A DNA stretch of 20,000 nt from Lentisphaeria bacterium. GTDB taxonomy: Bacteria; Verrucomicrobiota; Lentisphaeria; JABSQK01; JAWLHB01. A program made the position numbers and the translations under genes. Positions 1 through 7,920 of this stretch are shown here, in pieces; the first letter of the stretch is position 1; the number at the start of each line of letters is the position of its first letter. The notes under the pieces are model-generated. The model made no database searches, had not been told where the DNA came from, and saw only the letters and a program-made list of their open reading frames with translations. The stretch covers positions 56,948 to 76,947 of the forward strand of contig JAWLHB010000038.1 of NCBI GenBank assembly GCA_041690595.1, given 5' to 3'.

Positions 1-2624
1 GCGGTCAGGCGCGTGTCCGTATCCCAATCCACCGAACCGGAGTAGTTGAACTTGCCGCGGAAGGTGTTGTCGGGGCTGGCCGTCCAATTGCTCTTGCGGA
101 GCCATTCCCCGCCGTACGTTTCGAACTCGGGTGCACCCAGCCCGGTCATCCACGTGGAGCCGTACATGACGATGGGCATCCCCTTGACAATCTGGCCCGG
201 GAACTTGTTGAACCAGTTGTAAAGCTTGCTCACCTTCTCGTCCTGATAGCGGGTGCCGTAGACCATCGTCTTGCGAAGCTCCTCGTAGTGATCGACGTCG
301 CCATCCAATGGAAGAGAGAAGCTGTCGACCGAATCGCCCCAGTACCGATAGCCGCGGGTATCGTGCGAGATTCCTTCTTCATGCAAAACCACGCGGTAGC
401 GACGCTCGTTCGGCTTGACTGGCGCGGGCTGAATGGCAAAATGCAGCGTCCGTGCATCCTCCACCGTGATCGGGCCAGCCAGCAGCCGGATCCGCAGCTC
501 CACATTGCCATTCTGCAGGCGCGAGATACGAATGCACGCCTGATCGTCCGCAAGCTGCCAGCCCTTGTCCGTCCAGGCATGGAACCAGAGACCTCGATCG
601 CCATTGCCGACATACGTCCGCGGCACGAACGACTTCCAGTCCTTGCCCTGCGTGTGACGGATCAGCTCCGTACTCTGGAAATGCAGGCCCGGTTTGGCGG
701 GAATCCCACCGAAATGATTGCCGTAGCGCCCGTCCCCCTTGCGCTGTATATAGAGTGTGTCGACCGGGTTTGCGGTGGAGTGCTTCAGTTCAACCACCAG
801 ATCGAGTGCATCGATCGCGGCGGCGGCAGTCGGCGCCAGCGTCAGCGCGACCTGATACCAGCTGTCGTACTCCTCGCGGGCCTGGATGGTCGCGGTGAGC
901 GGTCCGATGCTCTGACTGCCGGCGACATCGACCTGGTGCATCGCCTGGTTGACGATCTCGAAACTGCCTTCGGTAGCCGCCACGCTCGCCCCCTGTTCAA
1001 GGAGTTCCAGACGCATGGGAGCGGCCAGGAGTGCCTCGGGCTTTCCGGCGTTACCGCTCGGCAAGCGCTGAAGGATCTGCGCAGGCAGCCCGCCGTCGCC
1101 CACGGTCGTGGCGGCCCCCCAGCTCTGCACGGTAGCGTTCTCCCGCACCACCAGCGGCGTGAACGGGGGCAGTACCTCGTCGGTGATGCCCAACTGATTA
1201 TGCTCGAACGGGTAGTTACGGCATACAAAGGGAGCGACTTTCTCGGAGAGCAGCCCCCCCTTGCCGTCCAGCAGCCGGAAGAGTGCCTCATACTCGCCCT
1301 CCGCCAACGCCGGGCAGCTCATCATGCCATGACCCCGATAGGACTTCAGTTCGCCCGCGAAGTCGGCCAGGGAGACGGTTGACCCTTTGGCCCGCAGGCT
1401 GACGGTATAGGCGGCGGCCCCACGTATCGCGTCCGGCATGCCGAAAAAGTCGACATCGACGCCGACGGCAGCCTTGCCATGGTACGGTTGCCACGCGAAT
1501 GTGTACTCCCACTCGCCGCTCTGCGGCCGGCCCTTCGACCAGGGATCCAGATACGTCTCCCGGTAATGGTCATCGAGCCGGATAAACGGGAGCCGGTTCT
1601 GATAAAGAATCCGGGTGCGACTGCCATCCTTGTAGGTGGCTTTGATGAGAAAATGGTTCCGCTTGCTGCCATGCCCAGGCGTTACCGGAATACCCGACTG
1701 AGCCAGGGAGAGCAGTTGCGATTCGCCGGGATTTACGGTGGCGGTTCCGGTGTCGCTATGGAGGGGCTTGCCATCTTCGTCTTCGATGATGACCTCCACC
1801 GTCACTTCGGTGGGCTTTGTGCCGTTGCCGGTCAGCTCGATGCTCGCATCCAGATTTCCTTCCATGACTTCCCCGAGCCGCCGGAACTGAAAGGTGGGCG
1901 CCTGTGGGTCGAAATGCACTTCAGGGAAGGTGTTCCAGGCCATCCACGGCGTGGGAACCCAGCCCGCATAGTAGATGCCCGCGCACGAATCGGTTCGTAC
2001 CAACTGCATGATGAGGCTTCGTCCGTCGAGTTTCTTCACCTGCATCCGCGCCAGTTCGATCGAAAGCTCGAGGCTCCAGGATTCGTCGGTCACATGGCAG
2101 GCGCGTTCGCCCCCGATGCTCCAGAGATGTTCGGTTCCGATGGTACCATTATAATAATGCCAGTCGGTCATGGCTCCCTTGGGATTGATCATCACCTTGT
2201 AGAAGCCGAAGCCCTGGCGCCCGGCCTGTTCGCGCTGATGCGGCGTGATCTGGATCTCGACATGATCTTCGAAGAGGATCCCCATGTTCTCATCTTCCTT
2301 GATGCGCGCGGCCGGCCAGGTGCCCTTGGCATGGGGGGAGTGCATGGCCAGATAGAGGTGGGTGTCGTCATATCCGATGTACCAGACCACCTGCTGCATT
2401 TCCGGCACGAGCGTGTTGGAGCCAACCCCGGCCACGGCGGCGAAACCAGTCACCGCGGCGGCGTCCGCCCATTCGCCAGGCTCGATACTGCCATCGATGG
2501 TGGGCGCGGCAGCCACCTTGGAGACTCGCAGTTGCGGGACATCCGCGTCGGCAGGCTGATGCTTCGGCGCGGCGTGCAGGACGGCGGTCAGAAGACAGAA
2601 TAACGGCAGCAGAACACGGCGCAT
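1..2624 (-). CDS. Large secreted carbohydrate-active-like protein: signal peptide, CBM9/DOMON-like domain and DUF6067 (GH123-like) region; 3' end outside the window (>=874 aa)
   Basis: Read manually. ATG at 2624-2622 is preceded by GAGGGGG, and I found no in-frame stop before the window edge, which explains its absence from the ORF track. It starts MRRVLLPLFCLLTAVLHAAP (signal-peptide-like). PTIDGSIEPGEWADAA, IGYDDTHLYLAM, EDHVEIQI and WSLELSIEL match the CBM9-like pattern. NQLGITDEVLPPFTPL (~1152-1199) and YVGNGDRGLWF resemble DUF6067 proteins. The + ORFs 288..1382 and 1479..2603 are its same-register antisense shadows. Confidence 0.8.
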   Translation of the reverse strand, partial: MRRVLLPLFCLLTAVLHAAPKHQPADADVPQLRVSKVAAAPTIDGSIEPGEWADAAAVTGFAAVAGVGSNTLVPEMQQVVWYIGYDDTHLYLAMHSPHAKGTWPAARIKEDENMGILFEDHVEIQITPHQREQAGRQGFGFYKVMINPKGAMTDWHYYNGTIGTEHLWSIGGERACHVTDESWSLELSIELARMQVKKLDGRSLIMQLVRTDSCAGIYYAGWVPTPWMAWNTFPEVHFDPQAPTFQFRRLGEVMEGNLDASIELTGNGTKPTEVTVEVIIEDEDGKPLHSDTGTATVNPGESQLLSLAQSGIPVTPGHGSKRNHFLIKATYKDGSRTRILYQNRLPFIRLDDHYRETYLDPWSKGRPQSGEWEYTFAWQPYHGKAAVGVDVDFFGMPDAIRGAAAYTVSLRAKGSTVSLADFAGELKSYRGHGMMSCPALAEGEYEALFRLLDGKGGLLSEKVAPFVCRNYPFEHNQLGITDEVLPPFTPLVVRENATVQSWGAATTVGDGGLPAQILQRLPSGNAGKPEALLAAPMRLELLEQGASVAATEGSFEIVNQAMHQVDVAGSQSIGPLTATIQAREEYDSWYQVALTLAPTAAAAIDALDLVVELKHSTANPVDTLYIQRKGDGRYGNHFGGIPAKPGLHFQSTELIRHTQGKDWKSFVPRTYVGNGDRGLWFHAWTDKGWQLADDQACIRISRLQNGNVELRIRLLAGPITVEDARTLHFAIQPAPVKPNERRYRVVLHEEGISHDTRGYRYWGDSVDSFSLPLDGDVDHYEELRKTMVYGTRYQDEKVSKLYNWFNKFPGQIVKGMPIVMYGSTWMTGLGAPEFETYGGEWLRKSNWTASPDNTFRGKFNYSGSVDWDTDTRLT

Positions 2625-2739
2625 GAGAGTCCCCCTCAAGGTTTGGTGTCGGCAGCGACAGAATGAAATGTATAGAGCAATCACTGCGTCAAGCATATGA
2701 ATAGCGTGCCGAATACCGCTGTCAAGTCGCGCGATGCCA

Positions 2740-3831
2740 TCATCCATCAGGGGCTGTCAGGACGCACTCGATGCGCGTGCCTCCATCTGGGATGGTATGA
2801 ACCTGGAGAGAGCCGCCGGCTACTATCGCGCGCTGAAACATCGTGCGCATGCCAAGTCCACTGGGCGAATCGAATTCTCGAAAACCGTCGCCATCATCTT
2901 CAACCTCCAGAACGACTTCTGCATTCCTCCGCGTCAGGCGAATGTCAATCCGCTTGGCATTGGCGTGCTTGAGGGCGTTGTTCACCGCCTCACGCGTGAT
3001 GTAGTAAAGCTGAGCCGCCACGGTCTCATCAGTAATATGCAGATTCTGCGTGTAGTCGAGTGAGCACTCCACATGAAAGAGGCCGGTGGTCGTCTCGGCA
3101 AGTTGCTGCAGGGCTTGCCGGAGCCCCTTTTCGCTCAAGTCGGACGGGCAGAGATTGCGGGCGATGGCCCGCGTTTGCTCGATGGTCTCCGTCAGGACAT
3201 TGGAAAGCTTCTCGAAAGCAGGATCAAGTGAGTCGGTGTGCTTGCGGGCCGATGAGCGGAGAGCAAGCAGCATCATCTTTGCCCCGGCAAGACTGCCCTG
3301 AACACTGTCGTGCAGGTCGCTGCCAATGCGCTGCTGCTCGTGTTCGGCAGCATGCAGCACATCATGCTCAGCTTGCCGCCGCCGTGCTTCCTCTGCCAGT
3401 CGACGATCGCTCTCCACCCGCAGATCGAGCAGCGCCTGTCTCAGCTCCAACGTTCGCCTCTCGACCGTAAGCTCCAGCTGTTGCTTGATATCGCGCAATG
3501 CATTGAGCAACAGGCCGAACATGAGAAAGAAGCACAGCCGCACCGCTGCATTCCAATAGACGATGACCGGTACGGAATACGTCACCATCATCCACTCGAT
3601 CCACCACCACAGAAGTGCGCTGCACACCGCGAACGCCGCCGTTTCGACGCGACCGCATGTCCAGGCGACCAGGCAGACGGGGATGAGATAAAAAACGGAA
3701 AACGAAAGCTCGCCGCCCGTGAAGTAGTCGAGAAAGCCGACGACGCCGAGCAGGACAAAGGTCAGGCGCACGGTGGTGGCTGGCTGTGCCATCAAGGCAC
3801 GCTCCCAAAGGTGAAGACGACCAGCTCTCAT
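2740..3831 (-). CDS. Membrane-bound two-component sensor histidine kinase, HisKA_3 (NarX/UhpB/ComP-like) with HATPase_c and an N-terminal multi-TM (DUF4118-like) region
   Basis: H-box EQQRIGSDLHDSVQGSL, N-box ITREAVNNALKHANA, G1 VEDDGDGF, G2 SGLGMRTMFQRA and GGTRI. About four hydrophobic helices lie in the N-terminal third. AGAGGA lies upstream of the ATG. Confidence 0.93.
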   Translation of the reverse strand: MRAGRLHLWERALMAQPATTVRLTFVLLGVVGFLDYFTGGELSFSVFYLIPVCLVAWTCGRVETAAFAVCSALLWWWIEWMMVTYSVPVIVYWNAAVRLCFFLMFGLLLNALRDIKQQLELTVERRTLELRQALLDLRVESDRRLAEEARRRQAEHDVLHAAEHEQQRIGSDLHDSVQGSLAGAKMMLLALRSSARKHTDSLDPAFEKLSNVLTETIEQTRAIARNLCPSDLSEKGLRQALQQLAETTTGLFHVECSLDYTQNLHITDETVAAQLYYITREAVNNALKHANAKRIDIRLTRRNAEVVLEVEDDGDGFREFDSPSGLGMRTMFQRAIVAGGSLQVHTIPDGGTRIECVLTAPDG

Positions 3832-3978
3832 GCCCTATCCTCTGCATCCGTGTTGATCGTGTTCATGTATACCATGGCGCCGTTAACCTGTTTTCTACTC
3901 TATATCTATTCCACAAACGGCGGAAATGCTTCTGCCCGGCATGGCGTCCGGAGGCTGCTTTGGCACAATTCTGAACCA

Positions 3979-4014
3979 AGGTCTTGACCTGTAGATTAAA
4001 AGTAGTTTAAGTAT
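3979..4014 (+). promoter_or_regulatory. Candidate sigma70-type promoter of the NHL gene, with an overlapping inverted repeat
   Basis: AT-rich divergent intergenic region. TTGACC (3984-3989) is followed 17-18 nt later by a weak -10 (TTAAGT/TAAGTA). The palindrome AGGTC-TT-GACCT spans 3979-3990. Confidence 0.3.
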
Positions 4015-4062
4015 AGAGTCTTTCGGTACTTGGAATTCATGTAATCCGCGGAGTCGCAAATA

Positions 4063-4992
4063 ATGAGCGTTCAAAGCCTCACCTATGAGTGGATCGACAA
4101 CTGGGCGAAGATCCCCGAGAGCCCATCCGGCCGCGAAAATGGCCGCACGCATGGTGTCTGTGTCACGGCGGAAGGCCACGTCAAAGTCTTTCATCAGGCC
4201 AAGAACGGATTGTTGACCTACGATCCGGACGGGGCGCTGATATCCGCCGTTGGCGGTGATCGCTGGCTGGGTGCCCACGGCCTGACGCTGGTGGAGGAGC
4301 AGGGAACGCAATTCCTCTGGCTGGTGGACCAGTCGAGCAAGGAAGTCGTGAAGACGACCCTGGACGGAGAGACCGTTCAGTCGATCGCCCAGGCGCCACA
4401 CCCAGTTTACAAGGAAGGTGGCAACTACGTACCGACTTGGGCAGCCCAGAATCCGGACAATGGTGAAATCTGGGTGGCCGACGGTTATGGTTCAAGCTTG
4501 GTTCATCGCTACACGTCGGCCGGCGACTACCTCGAAACGATCGACGGCACGGACGGCGCCGGCCGTTTTGCCTGTCCGCACGGCATCAATTTCACCCGCG
4601 GCGAGGACGGTGTGGAACTCTTCATCACCGATCGCAGCAACAAGCGGGTGGTGGTGTATGATGGGGAAGGCTACTTCCTGCGTCAAAGCAGCATCACGCA
4701 CAGCCCCTGCTGCTTCGACTTCCTGGATGACCTGGTTGTTGTCCCGGAGTTGTTCACCGGTGTGAAGGTGCTGGACAGAAAGAGCCTGGGCCTGCTGGCG
4801 GAAATCGGTGCGAGTGATATAGTCGGACCAGACGTTCGCCCGGAAGGGTGGCCCAACCTGCAGAAGACGGAGAAGGTGCGCGCCGGATCGTTCAACAGCC
4901 CCCACGGTGCCTGCTTCGCTCCCAATGGCGACATTTACTGTGTGGAATGGATTGTGGGTGGTCGTATCACCAGGCTGCAACGCCAGCACTAA
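4063..4992 (+). CDS. NHL-repeat beta-propeller protein, peptidyl-alpha-hydroxyglycine alpha-amidating lyase (PAL)-like
   Basis: Repeated blades RTHGVCV, GAHGLTL, IWVADGYGSSLVHRY, FACPHGI, LFITDRSNKRV and FNSPHGACFAPNGDIYCVEW. GGAG lies upstream of the ATG. No signal peptide is visible. Confidence 0.88.
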   Translation: MSVQSLTYEWIDNWAKIPESPSGRENGRTHGVCVTAEGHVKVFHQAKNGLLTYDPDGALISAVGGDRWLGAHGLTLVEEQGTQFLWLVDQSSKEVVKTTLDGETVQSIAQAPHPVYKEGGNYVPTWAAQNPDNGEIWVADGYGSSLVHRYTSAGDYLETIDGTDGAGRFACPHGINFTRGEDGVELFITDRSNKRVVVYDGEGYFLRQSSITHSPCCFDFLDDLVVVPELFTGVKVLDRKSLGLLAEIGASDIVGPDVRPEGWPNLQKTEKVRAGSFNSPHGACFAPNGDIYCVEWIVGGRITRLQRQH

Positions 4993-5023
4993 AGCTCCTA
5001 CCCCCTCACTCTGATTGAAATTC

Positions 5024-5065
5024 AAAAGCGCCGTCGGCTCCATCGCGGGTCGACGGCGCTTTTTT
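5024..5065. terminator. Rho-independent terminator, probably bidirectional
   Basis: AAAAGCGCCGTCG (5024-5036) pairs perfectly with CGACGGCGCTTTT (5051-5063). There is a T6 run on + and an A4 run on the other side. It sits between convergent genes ending at 4992 and 5088. Confidence 0.9.
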
Positions 5066-5087
5066 CGTCCATGCGGCTAAGGCCGGA

Positions 5088-5312
5088 CTACTGCTCTTTT
5101 CGCCGCTGCTCGTGACGCTGGCGGAGAAGCTCGAGGGTCACATCGGGGGTCTGCATGCCACGCTCGCGGGCGTAGTGCGCCTTCAGCTTGACGGTCGTAT
5201 CTTCGAAATCGACGGCGGCCTTGGAACCCTGACGATGGGCGGCAAGTGCCTTCGCCGCGGACTCGATCGCCAGCATGGACTGGGTCGTGATGATGCGTCT
5301 TTCGTTATCCAT
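5088..5312 (-). CDS. Small hypothetical protein (74 aa; alternative GTG start at 5324)
   Basis: MDNERRIITTQSMLAIESAAKALAAHRQG...LELLRQRHEQRRKEQ. Third codon positions are G/C-rich like the neighbouring genes, it fills the gap, and it ends just before the terminator. Confidence 0.7.
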   Translation of the reverse strand: MDNERRIITTQSMLAIESAAKALAAHRQGSKAAVDFEDTTVKLKAHYARERGMQTPDVTLELLRQRHEQRRKEQ

Positions 5313-5430
5313 ACCTGTTTCCACTCTCTCTGTTCGGCACTATATCAAGCTTTCCGTAAAGTACCCCATGAAGCCATTCTCATCAATTCCAACCGATGGC
5401 TATTTTCAGCGCTGACAGGATGGTGGCGGC

Positions 5431-5459
5431 GTGGCGGAGTTCGCGGCGGGGGCTATAGT
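5431..5459 (+). promoter_or_regulatory. Possible hypF promoter
   Basis: TATAGT at 5454-5459 is a good -10 match in GC-rich context about 40 nt before the ATG. The -35 position (GTGGCG) is poor. Confidence 0.25.
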
Positions 5460-5499
5460 AGACGAGCAGACAACACCCCGCCGGAGGCCCCATTTCCAG

Positions 5500-7788
5500 A
5501 TGACGGAAGAACGATGCCGCATTGGGCTGAGAGTGCAGGGACGCGTACAGGGGGTGGGCTTCCGCCCCTACGTCTACCGGCTGGCGCACGACCTGGGGCT
5601 GGCGGGTGGCGTCGGCAATGACCTGCACGGCGCCTTCATCGAGGTCGAAGGAGAACCGGCCACGGTGTCGACCTTTGTGCGGCGTCTGCGGGCGGACGCG
5701 CCGCCGCTGGTGCATATCAGCTCGGTTCGCCGGGAAAATCTGGCGCTGAAGGGAGAGACGAGCTTTCGCATCGAGCGCAGTGATGCCGGGGGGGAGCAGG
5801 AGGCAGAGATTTCCCCGGATGTCGCCATCTGCGCTGACTGCCGACGGGAATTGCTGAATCCAGCCGACAGGCGGTACCGGTATCCCTTCATCAATTGCAC
5901 GAACTGCGGTCCCCGCTACAGCATCGTGCAGGGGCTTCCCTATGACCGCGCGCAGACGACCATGCGCCACTTCCCCATGTGTGTCGATTGTCGGAGCGAA
6001 TACGACGATCCGCTGAATCGCCGCTTTCATGCCCAACCGAACGCCTGCCCCAACTGCGGTCCCCGCGCCTGGTTCGAGCGGGATGGAATAGTGGAGCCGG
6101 GTGACGCCATGCGCCTCGCGGCGGCAAGTCTGGCGGCGGGAGAGATCGTTGCCATCAAGGGGCTTGGGGGATTTCATCTGGCCTGTCGTGGGAATCTGGA
6201 GGCGAGTGTGCGGCGGCTGCGCCAGCGCAAAGGAAGGGATGCCAAACCATTCGCGCTCATGGTGCCGGATCTTGAGGCGGCACACCGCCTGACCCGTCTG
6301 ACCGCCGCTGATGAAGCGTTGTTGACCGGCTGGCACGCCCCCATCCTTCTCGCTTCGCGTCGTGCCGGGGCACCCGTCGCTGACGGAGTGGCACCGGAGA
6401 ACGCGCGCCTGGGTATCATGCTGCCCTATACGCCGCTACACCTTCTGCTCTTGGGCGAGGGAACTGGGCCACTGGTGATGACCAGCGCCAATCCCAGCGA
6501 CGAACCGCTCTGCGCCGATCTGGATGAGGCGCGCCGCCGCCTTGCCGACATCGCCGACGGATTCCTGATGCACGATCGCGACATCGCCCGGCGCGTGGAC
6601 GATACGGTCCTGCTGAGCGATGGCAATGGTGCTCCCATCGTCGTTCGGCGCTCGCGTGGCCATGTGCCGACACCCATCCGGCTGGCCGCGCCATCGCCGG
6701 CACCGGTGCTGGCTGTCGGAGGAGATCTGAAAGGCGCGATCTGCATGTATCGGGGGCATGATGCCGTTCTCAGCGAGCATCTTGGCGATTTTGAGAATCC
6801 AGCCGCCTTTCGCAATTTTATCGGGGCCATCGAGCGCCTGCGGAGCCTCCTGCGCGTCTCGCCGACGATCGTCGCGCACGACCTGCATCCCTCCTATCAT
6901 TCATCCAGGCATGCGCAATCCCTGGGCTTGCCGACGATTCCGGTGCAGCACCACCATGCACACTTGGCGGGCGTCATGGCGGAGCATGGTTTGAGCGGCC
7001 CGGTGATCGGGCTCGCCGCGGACGGCACCGGCTACGGCAGTGATGGCGCCATCTGGGGCTGCGAGCTGATGCTGGCCGATTACCGGGACTTCGAGCGGCT
7101 TGCCAGCCTCAGGTACGTGCCGCTGGCGGGCGGAGATGCGGCGGCGCGATCGACGTGGCTGGCTGCCGCTGGCCATCTCTTCAACGCCTGCGGGCAGGAG
7201 TGGCCAACGCAACTCCCGGAGCTTTCCGACGGAATCGATCCAAAGCATCTGTCCCTGATCGCGCAGCGCTTGGCTTCGGGGCAGGGGGTGCCCACATCGA
7301 GCCTGGGACGGCTCTTCGATGCAGCCGCTTTTCTCCTGGGAATCGCCGGCGAGAACCGCTATGAGGGCGAGGCTGCCATGCGGCTGGAGTGGCAGGCACG
7401 GAAGGCATCGACGACTATAAGTCCGCTCGCCTTCGAGGCAGCCAGAGATCCGTCGGGGCTTGTATTGTGGGATAGCGCGCCGCTGATCCGCGACCTGCTG
7501 CGCCGGCGGAAGGGTGGGGCGGTGACCGAAGATCTGGCGATGGCATTTCACGCTGCGCTGGCCGACTGTTTCGCCGCCACCATGGCTGAAGAGGCAGAGG
7601 CCCGGGGCATCAGCCGCGTCGTCCTCAGCGGCGGTTGCATGCTCAACCGCATACTTGTGCATCGCCTGCGGGAACGACTGGAGAGGAGCGGTCTGCGCAT
7701 CTACGTCAACTCGGCCGTGCCGCCGGGTGATGGGGGCCTGGCGCTGGGGCAGGCCGCGGTGGCAGCGAGCCACCTTGCGCGCCAGTAA
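5500..7788 (+). CDS. hypF: Carbamoyltransferase HypF ([NiFe]-hydrogenase maturation protein)
   Basis: Acylphosphatase domain GRVQGVGFRPYVYRLA. Two zinc fingers CADC..CTNCGPR and CVDC..RRFHAQPNACPNCGP. YrdC-like AIKGLGGFHLAC and MTSAN. Kae1-like HDLHPSY, VQHHHAH, DGTGYG, SSLGRLFDA and PPGDGGLALGQA. I prefer ATG 5500 (GGAGG at 5483-5487) over GTG 5431. Confidence 0.97.
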   Translation: MTEERCRIGLRVQGRVQGVGFRPYVYRLAHDLGLAGGVGNDLHGAFIEVEGEPATVSTFVRRLRADAPPLVHISSVRRENLALKGETSFRIERSDAGGEQEAEISPDVAICADCRRELLNPADRRYRYPFINCTNCGPRYSIVQGLPYDRAQTTMRHFPMCVDCRSEYDDPLNRRFHAQPNACPNCGPRAWFERDGIVEPGDAMRLAAASLAAGEIVAIKGLGGFHLACRGNLEASVRRLRQRKGRDAKPFALMVPDLEAAHRLTRLTAADEALLTGWHAPILLASRRAGAPVADGVAPENARLGIMLPYTPLHLLLLGEGTGPLVMTSANPSDEPLCADLDEARRRLADIADGFLMHDRDIARRVDDTVLLSDGNGAPIVVRRSRGHVPTPIRLAAPSPAPVLAVGGDLKGAICMYRGHDAVLSEHLGDFENPAAFRNFIGAIERLRSLLRVSPTIVAHDLHPSYHSSRHAQSLGLPTIPVQHHHAHLAGVMAEHGLSGPVIGLAADGTGYGSDGAIWGCELMLADYRDFERLASLRYVPLAGGDAAARSTWLAAAGHLFNACGQEWPTQLPELSDGIDPKHLSLIAQRLASGQGVPTSSLGRLFDAAAFLLGIAGENRYEGEAAMRLEWQARKASTTISPLAFEAARDPSGLVLWDSAPLIRDLLRRRKGGAVTEDLAMAFHAALADCFAATMAEEAEARGISRVVLSGGCMLNRILVHRLRERLERSGLRIYVNSAVPPGDGGLALGQAAVAASHLARQ

Positions 7789-7837
7789 GAATATCAGCTC
7801 TTTTCCTGAATACGCTTGCAGGGGGCATTTTGGTTGC

Positions 7838-7882
7838 CTATTGTGCGAATAGTATCTTCTTTATAACGTTGGTATGTACAAT
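7838..7882 (+). promoter_or_regulatory. Candidate promoter of the moxR operon
   Basis: AT-rich 132-nt gap after hypF. It contains TTGTGC(7841-7846)-N17-TAACGT(7864-7869), a second -10-like TACAAT (7877-7882), and the short inverted repeat CTATT-N5-AATAG (7838-7852). Confidence 0.4.
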
Positions 7883-7920
7883 CTGAACAGGCTGTGATCG
7901 CAATCTTCAGGGAGAGCGCC

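Noticed and set aside
288..2603. Plus-strand ORFs 288..1382 and 1479..2603
   Set aside because: They are in exact codon register with the real minus-strand gene and have no motifs, so they are GC-rich antisense shadows.
2607..2624. Twin-arginine (Tat) signal in MRRVLL; also MRRW at 17785 and MRRV at 19880
   Set aside because: RR directly after Met with a short n-region fits ordinary Sec signals, and c-type cytochromes are normally Sec-exported. This cannot be decided without a predictor.
3959..3976. TTTGGCACAATTCTGAA as a sigma54 promoter
   Set aside because: The -24 TGGCAC is present, but the required GC at -12 (GG-N10-GC) is absent.
3310..7773. ORFs 3310..3987(+), 3895..4401(-), 4492..5043(-), 5112..5621(+), 5383..6336(-) and 6901..7773(-)
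   Set aside because: They overlap the kinase, NHL, small-ORF or hypF genes on the opposite strand, and their composition is atypical.
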